Shown: positions 47,602 through 58,736 of the stretch, in pieces | Layout of the letters: every line of letters starts with the position of its first letter | Numbering within the stretch: position 1 is the first letter of the stretch | DNA from: Chrysomallon squamiferum | Taxonomy: Eukaryota; Animalia; Mollusca | DNA length: 64,000 nt | Assembly: GCA_012295275.1 (NCBI GenBank) | Contig: CM022668.1 | Coordinates: 14,012,001 to 14,076,000 of the forward strand | Direction: 5' to 3' | Notes under the pieces: generated by a model | The model's input: the letters and a program-made list of their open reading frames with translations, nothing else | Database searches by the model: none | What the model was told of the DNA's origin: nothing | Position numbers and translations under genes: made by a program

Positions 47602-47788
47602 CAGGGGCGAATCTAGAGGAGGTCAACAGATCCTTTGACTGCAATATTAACAAAAGTTTTCACTCTGTTTTGAATTCCTTACATACCTACCCATTTTCCT
47701 ATCACTGTATACACTTTTTACATTTATACACATCAGTCGATACCCTCCCACCCCCCACCCACCTGCAATAATTCAGGATCTGCCACTG
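47602..47788. mobile_element. Possible decayed MITE with CAGGGGCG(G/A)ATC-type termini
   Basis: CAGGGGCGAATCTAG at the left and CAGGATCTGCCACTG at the right form an imperfect 15-bp inverted repeat, with G-rich and C-rich subterminal tracts. No clear target-site duplication. A similar end (CTGGATTCGTCCCTG) occurs at 20223-20237. Confidence 0.4.
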
Positions 47789-48329
47789 AACATTTTTCAA
47801 AATACGACAATATAACCTTCTTTTTCTCGAATGACAGTTAATCCATTTATGCAAAAAAAAAAAAAAAAAAAAAAAAAATATTCAACATCCATTTATTCAT
47901 ATGCGTTCCTATACATATATATATAGATAGATAGATATTCCTTTTCATATAGTCCGTTTTAAAATAAAATATTTTTTTTTTTTTTTTTTTTTTTTGGTTC
48001 TAATTTCCATTATATTAGTAATTCCTGAGATTAAAATTTTATTTTTAAATAAAAAATAATTTCTTTGGCACAGAAATATAACTTATTTATTACAGACTGT
48101 AACAGATTACAGTGTTATTTGGCTTTTTTAATATTATGAATTCGTGTCACTAGGATATACAACTGCACAGCCAAGTTTTAATAAAGCGACAAATAATTGT
48201 TATAACTGGAGGTAGTCATTCTATCTTATTTCTTTCAAAAATAATTAAGTTAGTAAAGCAGAATGTTCGTGTGCATAGATCACCAAACAACACATGACGT
48301 AGAAACCATACTGCAGAATCCAGGTAAAG

Positions 48330-48600
48330 TATACCAAATACACCTAGTGTCCAGGTAAAAAATACCTGATAAATAATGCCATCATAAAGATAAGTAACAC
48401 CTGATGTATACAAGTAGATAACACCTATAATTAAAAGTATGCAACACCTGTAATTAAAAAGTACGTATCACCTGTAAATTAAGAGAATGTATCACCTGCT
48501 TTTTTTAAGATATGTAAAAATGTATAATCAAGATATGTAATGCCTGTAATCAAGGTGTGAACTACCTGTTTATACAGGTGTACGATATCTATTATCAAGG
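48330..48600. repeat. Degenerate ~20-bp repeat with an (A)CACCTGTAAT core
   Basis: Recurring ACACCTA/ACACCTG/TCACCTG/TACCTG at roughly 20-bp spacing. Confidence 0.55.
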
Positions 48601-49100
48601 TTTATGTATAAAGCTAATTTTTTTTTTTTTTTGGTATACAGTACCCGAAAACGAGCTGTATGCTTACCCGGAAAACACCATTATCCCAAAATATTTAATT
48701 TCAGAACCAAAGTTTCTTGTTGTTGTTTTTTTTTGTTGGTTTCTTTTTTTTTTAATCTTTTTTTTTTAATCTTTTTTTTTTGTTTTTTTTTTTTTTTTTT
48801 AAGAAAATATTTATCTTCCGATTTGGCTGACACACCCTTTAAATGCATTGGGGAGGAGGGGGACTAGGCTTATATAGCAGAGTGTCATTATGAAACGATT
48901 CACACTTTATGACAATTTACAGAAATGAAATTCCATTTTTATCCTCCCCCAAAAAAACCAAAAAAAAAAACCACATCCAGATTATTATATATATAAATTG
49001 TTGTATATAATATACATATATTTACACGAAGACAACCAACAAAAAAGTTTCTTTTTTCTTTTTTTTCTTTTTTTTTAAATCTTTGGCATTTAAAAGGCCT

Positions 49101-49313
49101 TCAGACACGTGTATCTACGCCGTTGGCTTCTACGGCTTCGACTTTAGCGCCACCGGCGTCAAATACACGTTGGCCGTACGTCACCTCGGGGATGTGGCGG
49201 TGTCCGTCCCGCATCACCTTCGCGACGTCATCTTTGTGGGCGTAGACGCCGGTGCGGTTCTCCGGGAGCAGTGGTCCCCATTCAGCCGTGGGCTTGTTGA
49301 CTTTTTTCAGAAG
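49101..49313 (-). CDS. SLC6 terminal exon: [24 protein letters not shown]...EANGVDTRV*
   Basis: ttcag acceptor after a long T-rich tract; PxxEWGP motif of GlyT/PROT-type tails; class I PDZ-like C-terminus DTRV; TGA at 49103-49101. Confidence 0.9.
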   Translation of the reverse strand, partial: LLKKVNKPTAEWGPLLPENRTGVYAHKDDVAKVMRDGHRHIPEVTYGQRVFDAGGAKVEAVEANGVDTRV

Positions 49314-49498
49314 CTGAAAAAAAAAAAAAATAAAAAAAAAAAAAAATGAAAAAAAATGAAAAATAAAATAAAATAATAAATAAAATAAAATAATAAATAA
49401 AATAAATTAAATAAAATAAAATAAAAAAAGTAAATAAATAAAAAAAAATAATAAATAAAAAAAAAAAAAAAAAAAAAAAAAAAATAAAAAAAAAAAAA

Positions 49499-49529
<31 letters not shown>

Positions 49530-50459
49530 AAAATAAAGTATAATAAATAGAAAAAAAAAATAAATAAATAAATAAATAAATAAATATAATTAAAACAAAT
49601 AAATAATAACATAAAAAAAAAGATAAAAAAAAAGTAATTAAGTAACTAAATAAACAAACAGTTATATAAATAAATACATAAATAAACAACAACAATAACA
49701 ACAACAATCTTTTATAACGGAGAAATAGAAAAAAGAAAAACTGGATTTATAAACTGTAAGCTGAATATGGACTCTAATTATATAACAAAAAAAAAAAAAA
49801 AAAAAAGTGTTCACACGTGCACAGATTATACACAACTGCAAAGAAATACTTTTTAATTATCCGTAAATTACAACATTTACACAAAAACGAATGACCAACA
49901 GATTTTCAAACTTGTCTACCTGTAGTACAAAAAAAAAATACCCAAAAAGAGATTATATTTTGGAGTTACCCACTAATGTTCGCTATTAGGCATCAATTAG
50001 ACAAAAAAAAACAAAAAAAAACACAGAACGAATACAATTATTATCCACAGAAAAAGATGAGTAAAAAAAAAACAAAAAAAAAACACAAAAATAAAACAAC
50101 AAAACAAACAAACAAACAAACAAAAAAAAAAAAAAAAAAAAAACAAACACGAAATATTCGCCTGTTTCAGATAGTCATGATCGTCATGATCTATGTTAAA
50201 GGGAGATAACTCATTTTGGAGTTGCCTACCTTGAATCCGCCCTGACGGAAGAACACGGCTAAGGTACCACCCTGGGATCCAGCCAACGACAAGTAAAATC
50301 AAGACCCACACGAGAGCCTCCGCCCACCTCGGGTACCCAGGGTCAGTGACGTAGATAGGTTCATACTGGATACAGTCAAAGAATATAATGGCCTGAAATA
50401 AAATAAATAAATAAATAAGTTATCATTGTATCAGAGTGGAGGATCAACATATTTGTCTA

Positions 50460-50532
<73 letters not shown>

Positions 50533-50780
50533 GTACATGCACACACCCACATATACACACACACACGTACACACACACACACGTACACACACACACAAGG
50601 ACATACACATACAACGACACACACACATATATATATATATACACACACACAAGCACATACACACAAGCACGCACACACCACACACACACATATACACACA
50701 CACACAAGTACATACACACACACACACATATATATATTCACATTCTCACACACATATAAGCATACATTCATGAATACATA

Positions 50781-50865
<85 letters not shown>

Positions 50866-52478
50866 CTATGTCATAAGAACATCACAATATTAATCAATTT
50901 AAAAAACAGATAAGCCAAAAAATCGCTCTAGGTATGATCTAGAATACAATATGGTGTAGAGTGTGTGTGTGTGTGTGTGTGTGGTGTGGTGTGGTGTTGT
51001 GGTGTGGTGTGGTTTTATGTACATCACTCTGAATTCAAATAGTCTTACCAACAGCATAAGTGGACAGATAACAAGGAAATTCCACTTGAAGTAGTACTTG
51101 TAGATTGCCATGGCAACAGGGCTGTGACCCATCATCATGCGAACGTCCTCGGAGAATCGCTTGGGACCTGCAAACAAATCGATTATCATCGTCATCATCA
51201 ACGTCACTGGTCATTACTATCACCAGTGTCAACATTACATCATTGTCAACGTCATTCCTGTCACCTATATCAACGCTACGTGATTACCATAATCATTCCT
51301 GTCAACAATATCAATGTTACGTCATTACCATCGTCATTACAGTCCAGCTATAACAACGTTAGCATCATCATCAGTGTCTTCATTATAAACATAAAAGAGA
51401 CGTCATTATCATGATAACAGTCCTACCGTCATTATAAACACGATTTCATTATTAACCTCATTATTTGCTTCATTATCATCATCATCATCATTTCTTTCTT
51501 CATTATTATCATATTTCTCATTATTATCAACAACATTTCTATCATCATCAACATCTTTACTTTAAAGATTAACATTTATTTTGTTAAAAACGAAATTTTT
51601 GTGTTTTTTTTTTGTAATTTTTGTTTTTTTGTTTTTAACCAGCCCAAATAGTCGACAAGATCTTAAGACTATTTTAACCACAAGGATGCTTTGACTGATC
51701 CAATATACGAGTCTACTGGACCAATACTGGACCATGTCGTGACATTACAGTAAAATAAATGAACCGAGATAACGAACTCACCATAAACGTGGATAATGGC
51801 GATAGTTTCAAACAAACCGACCAGAAGAAGAGGTAGACCTGCAACATAGTTGTTCAGCAGATCGAGAAGATATTGTCCTCCCTGAAAATAAACACACATA
51901 TATAGATACATACAGACAGACAGACAGACAGACAGACAGAGAGAGAGAGACGGGCACAAACTGCCAGACACAGGAACGTAACGACAGATACACAGACAGA
52001 CAGACAGAGATAAACTGATATGCAGTAAGACGTAAAATTTCAGACAGAGAAAAAGATAGATAAACATTTAGAAGATATACAGTCAGACAGGTATACAGAC
52101 AGAATGTTCACAGACAGGAGACAGACAGACAGACAGACAGACTGAGAGACAATCAGACAGTAGGAAACAGACAGATAGACAGACAGACAGAAAGATAGGC
52201 AGGTAGCTATAAATTCACAGATGTTTAAACAGAGACCAACCTGTGTTGTTTCCGGAATACCAAGAATGAACATGAGTGCGCATGAGCTCACACGGAAGAT
52301 AATAGGGCGCCATTTTCCTTTGCGGAGAAAAGCAAATTCATCTTGGAATGCAGTCAGACAAGTTTCAAAACTAGGAAACTGGATTTAAAAACAAGTAAAT
52401 AAATAACTAACTAACTAAATAAATCGGTCACCTAAATTAATATGAGAGTTACAATAACAACAATAATAATAATAATTG

Positions 52479-52533
<55 letters not shown>

Positions 52534-52930
52534 GTAGAGGTAGTAATAATAATAATAATATCAATAATAATAATAATAATAAAACCCTTACTATTTAAAT
52601 ATGTAATTACAATATGAAAACTGAAAAAAAGGTAACGATTAATTTAAAACGGAATAAAAAACAATGATTATTATAACTGAACGAAATAAACAGCAATGTT
52701 TAACCACCACCCCACCCCGTTGCGAGTTTTGGAACCCCACCCCCACCCTCCTTACCTGAGTACTGAGACCAAGACACGTCATCATAAGGAAGAAGAGAGA
52801 CGACCACAGGGGAGCCACGGGCATGTGAGACAGAGCCTCGGGGTACACGACAAACACCAGGCCCGTCCCTGGAAGAATTAAAAAAAAAAAAAAAAAAAAA
52901 TTTTTAATATATTTCTTCGTTTCTTTGTTG

Positions 52931-52962
<32 letters not shown>

Positions 52963-53237
52963 CCTTACTGATTTATTTTTCTTTTCTGTTTTTTCATTTG
53001 CTTATTTCTTCCTTTATTTCGACTTTTTTTTTTCTTCACAATATTAGCATTATTTTGTTTTGGATGGTTTGAAGTAATGTAACATGGTGTGATGAAGATT
53101 ATTCAGGACAGTGGTGCAGTATTCTACTCTTGTGTTCGAATTTTTGTTTCTTTCTTTTTTATATCCCCTTCTCTCCATCGACTGACTCCCTTTCGATTAT
53201 TTTGTTCTATTTCTTTTTACTTTAATCAAAATCTCTG

Positions 53238-53332
<95 letters not shown>

Positions 53333-54481
53333 CCTCCCTCTCTCCCTCTCTCTCTCTCCCTCCCTCCCTCCCTCCCTCTGTATATCTTTCCCCATGTTAT
53401 ATTATCTTTAGTATAATAATGAAAAAAAAAAAAAAAAAAAAAATTACTCACCGTTCTGAACATTATAACTCTGACACATCATTTACTTAAATCTTCATAT
53501 TACTGTTAAATTCTTTCTACTGAGGCATCAGTTCTTTTCAGTATAATGTAATGCAAAAACACAACAAGGACCCCTCTACTATAACTAATATTTTCTCGCT
53601 AATGAACAAACACTCTTGTCGTTTCAAACAAAAAAAAAAAAAAAAATAAAAGTAAGAAAAAGGTCAAACCTTGGTCAGTTACTTTGTCCAAGCTCACGTT
53701 CTTGTAGTGGGCCATGAATCCAAGAGTTGAGAAGATTGCAAAACCAGCGTAAAAACTGGTCATGCAGTTGATAATTGGAATGATGATACTGTCTCTGTAA
53801 AAAAATTAATTGAAGTGAATGAATAACACTTTAATTCAGTTCAGTTTAATGACAACAAAACAACGATCTCTCATCTCTCACCACTGTAATCATAAATGTT
53901 ATGACCATGATAATGATGATAATAACAAAAATTATATAATAATGATGATGATGATAATGATAATACTATAATAGTGATGATAACAATATAATAATAATAA
54001 TATAACTATAATGACGATGATGATGATGAAGATGATAATAATAAACATAATAATAGTGAATTGAATTATAATGTGTCTCTAATGGTAATGAATTAAACTG
54101 AATGGAATGAATATAACTGAAATCAACAGAAATGAATTGAGCTAAATAATTACTCTCTCTCTATAGTATAAATAAACCCATTCTGTAATGATAATGCTGT
54201 ATGTCTGACAATAATGACACATCTGTAACATTAATGCTATGTTTGTAATTAATCTACATTGATACAGAAATAAACTAAACTCAGATAAAATGAACTGAAA
54301 AGAATTCATCCAAAAACAAAATAGCATTAAACTGACCTGAATTAAAGTTAAAATTAAAATTAAGAAACAAAAAAAGATCCAAGATATTCGTTATGAACTT
54401 TAAATTACTGAAATGGGTTATTCAAACTGGCATAAATATATACATGCATATACATACATACACATATACACACACTCATAT

Positions 54482-54529
<48 letters not shown>

Positions 54530-56280
54530 GCACACACGCTCCTGCTTACCTGATGGTGTTGTTGTTAAACTTGTTGTAACTAGCCATGGCTGTCAGACTT
54601 CCTGTACACGCGCTGATGGAGAAGAAAATCTGTGAGGCAGCGTCCAGCCACACCTTCGAGTCACCGAGCCTCGACAGGTCCGGATTCAGGTAATACGCTA
54701 TACCCAAATCGTGCCCCTCCAGGGTCAACCCTCTAATCAGCATTATGGTCAGCAGAATGTATGGGAAAATTGAGAAGAAGTAGGCTATCTGAAAAAAAAA
54801 AAAAAAATTAAAATGTATTTTATTTAAACTGCGTGTATGTTTAAATTGCACCTTCTCAGGCAGGGCGTAACAAACAGGCGGCCATTTTGTTCCTCATTAA
54901 TTAGAATCGTGACGTCATAGAGAGGTGTAATTGACAAATACAAGAAAAAAATAGACAGTTGTAGGCCTCGTATGAAATGACGTCATAACAGAAAAATGGC
55001 GGCGTGGAGATATTTTTTCATTACAGTGTTTTATGTGCGATTTGTACTGCATTAATAAAAGTGGGGAGAAAAGATGATAATGGTGCTGGTGATGATGATA
55101 ATGATGATGATGATAAGAAAATACCACTATTATTGATATTATTATTATTATTATTAATTATTATATCATCATCATCATCATCATCATCAACTCACCATCT
55201 CCTCCCCATCCAAAATCGTAATGAAACAATTTAAAAATAAAAAACAATTCACCTTTTAAAAAAAAAAAACGTGATGACAATAAAACAACGATCTCTCACC
55301 ACCACCACCACCACCACGACCACAACAACAACAACGACAAACTCCGCTCACCTTTCCCATAGTTTTGACTCCTCTGCACAGAGCTGCAGCGATCACAATC
55401 CACATGAGTAGATTGCAGGCGGTCAGATCCCACTTGATGCTTCCTGGCACGTCCAGTCCTGAAGACTTATCTAAAACACGTCGACTGTGGGGAGAGACAG
55501 GCAGTTCTGAGTCAAACGATTCTCACACATTTATGTTAGGTTTTAGTTATAAGTTATTAAAAAAAAAAAAAAAAAAATTAAATTAAAAAAATATATATAA
55601 AAAGGGATTTTTGGAACAATTTTATACAAGGCTTGAAGTATGAGTTGTTGAAAATTAGGGATTTTGACAAGTTTAAATTAGGTTTATGTAATTATTACAT
55701 TTTTAAAATAAAAGGGTTTTGGGATATTAATACTAGGTTTAAGTATGAGTTATTGAAAATTAGGGATTTTGGCACGTTTAAGTTAGGTTTATATAATTAT
55801 TACATTTTGAAAATAAAAGGATTTTGGGATATTAATAGTAGGTTTAATTATGAGTTATTCAAACTGAAGGATTTTGTGCACATTTATATCAGGTTTAGTT
55901 ATGGGCTTTTGAAAACTAGAGATGTTGGCACATCTAAAATATGTGAGGTTTTTTTTTTTTTTTTCTTTGTTCCTTTGTTTGGTTTTGGAGGATTTTGGTT
56001 TCGTTTTTTTTAGTAATGAGTTATTTATGATCAAGGATTTTGACTCATTTTAATTAGTTTTCATAAAATTATTCATTGATTATTTTGGAACAGCTAGATT
56101 AGGTTTAAGCACACGTTAAATCAAGTATATTTTAAATTAGGTCTAACAGAGGTCTGTTCTACAGGGTTTAAATACAAATGAGTAATGGTGTTGACCACAT
56201 ATATGTGATCATAATAAATTAATAAATAATAATTTTGATAAATTAAAAGAGAGATTCAGATTATATGGGGAGATAAACAG

Positions 56281-56366
<86 letters not shown>

Positions 56367-57522
56367 ACGAAATAAATAAATAAAATTAACTGAAATGGAG
56401 TTAACCAGTGTTCCATTTACCATGTCGCATAATTATGTGAAACATTTGAACAAGAATGTAATATAAACGAAAGCTAAATTGGAAACAAAATTATCTTCAA
56501 TCATGGGCAGAGAACGTATATTTTTGCGATATTTTATTTATTTACTTACTTACTTTATTATTTAATTATTTATTTATTTATAATGTTTCTTTCTGCACTG
56601 ATCTTAAACATGAACATCATCATCAACAAAAACAACAGCAACATCAGCAACAAATAATAATAATAATAATAATAATAATAATTTTCAGAATACATTTATC
56701 TCCCTTGTTACTATCATATTATTATTTGTAGGAAACCGAATAACATCTCAATTTTTTTTTTAAGTAATTCATATTAAATTCAAGATACTAGATAATAACA
56801 TTATATTTTTGTTTCTAAGCTAAACAATCTGTCCTATCATGACAATTATAATGACGTCATGCTGTTCCTCATGTTACGCAGTGTTGCTTTATTACACACT
56901 AAAAAATGACGTCATATTATTCGTTCAAAGACATCTCTTGTATTAAAAACAAGAGAATAACGTCATAATATTGTTATGTTTTGTATTACATAACGTCATG
57001 ACGTCATGTTAAAAACTGAATGACGTCATGTTAGTGGCTCAAAGATATTTCTCAAATTCTTTGTTTAATCTTACTAGTAATATTCTTCGGTTGATGTTCT
57101 TGCGGTGCCCATAGAAATGTTGACACCAGCTGCAATAGAGAACAAAATAAAAACTGTACCAGCGGCTTATTTTGGTCCTCTTCATTTCTACAAAACTACT
57201 TATATAATTCCTTAACCTTTAATATAAAATCTATTTTATGTATTAATTATTCTTAGTTAAATGAGAGAACTACAAAGCTTTTTCTACTCGAACTGTTCTG
57301 AAGAAACGCTTACAGTAAATTGCACTTAAGTCGAACTTGGTTCTAGTCCCATATATTGTTCGAGTTAAGAGGTATTCGACTAAAACATGTACAAAGACAA
57401 GCAGAACACATATTTGCGTACATGTAGTCGCACAGATATACATCTCCATGCATTTCATACATTCCGACTTTCACACACATACAGGCCTAGCTGAATTATA
57501 AGCTGGTTCAACAAAAAGCAAA

Positions 57523-57562
<40 letters not shown>

Positions 57563-58226
57563 GTAAAAAAGACGGAATAGGTTTTCGACAAAAATGCATT
57601 TTACTGTACTTCGAAACCCCAGAATACCTAGACTAACGTTTGCAGAAGAATATTTTTGACACTCGTTAAAAAAAAAAAAAATTAAAAAAAAAAAAAGGAA
57701 GAGAATAAGACTCACAAAAAAAAAAAACAGAGAGGAAATGATACGGATCCATTTTAACGTGGAAGAATATCGAGTAGATTATTTTTGATTTTTTTTATTG
57801 CAGTGCCACTGATTTTAGAAGTTGAAGAGGAATAACAGATGAAGTTACTTACAGCAGTTCAAGCCGGTATTTTCCAAAACCGCCTCAGGCTGTTGCGTTG
57901 GCTATGCTGCTGATGCAGTGGCAGGTGTTCCAAGGGTTGTCGCATGTTATCCACGGCAACGTCGACGTCAGTGATGCAAAGAAGAAGTAGATGCACTGAG
58001 CGACGACAACGTTGTAGTAAATCGTAATGACTCCGGAGAGAATTACCATCGTGTAGCCAAGACCTGTCGAATTAAAATATTTAAATGTGAAAAGGGTTAG
58101 TAATTAACATAATTTATTAATTCAACGGTCTCGGGTTTTATGTACTGTGGTTGCTGTATAATCTATCAGAATTTTGTTTTCTGTCACTACAGGATTTAGA
58201 ATGGGCTTAAGAAATTTATGGCCAAG

Positions 58227-58257
<31 letters not shown>

Positions 58258-58580
58258 ATATAAAATTTTGAAAATAAATAGAATTAAATAAAAACCGAAA
58301 TGAAATAATTAAATAAAAACCGAAACAAAATAATTAAATATAACTATAAAATAAATGAAAAGTAAATGATATGATACTAAAAAAAAAAAAGAAAGAACGA
58401 AAGATTTAAAGAAATAAAATCTTTAGTTAGTTATACATACAATTAATTATTATTATGATAATTAGTTAATTAATATTAGTTTAACAAAACTTCAGAATAT
58501 TCTAAAATTAACAGTTATTAAAGACTGTATTATTTATTTATTTATATATTTAATTATTTAATTTTTAATTTTATTTATTC

Positions 58581-58616
<36 letters not shown>

Positions 58617-58705
58617 TCTATGTATTTATTTATTTACTCATATAGTTATTTATTTATTTACTTATATATTTATTTATTTATTTACTTATTCACTTATTTA
58701 TTCAC

Positions 58706-58736
<31 letters not shown>

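Noticed and set aside
49083-49349. 88-aa + strand ORF
   Set aside because: Antisense shadow of the GC-rich terminal SLC6 exon.
55633-56013. 126-aa repetitive ORF ([10 protein letters not shown]...)
   Set aside because: Product of the 105-bp tandem repeat, antisense within an SLC6 intron.
57885-57887. In-frame TGA as selenocysteine or simple readthrough
   Set aside because: Readthrough alone leaves exon 3 out of phase with exon 4 and meets a stop early in exon 5; no SECIS element was identified.
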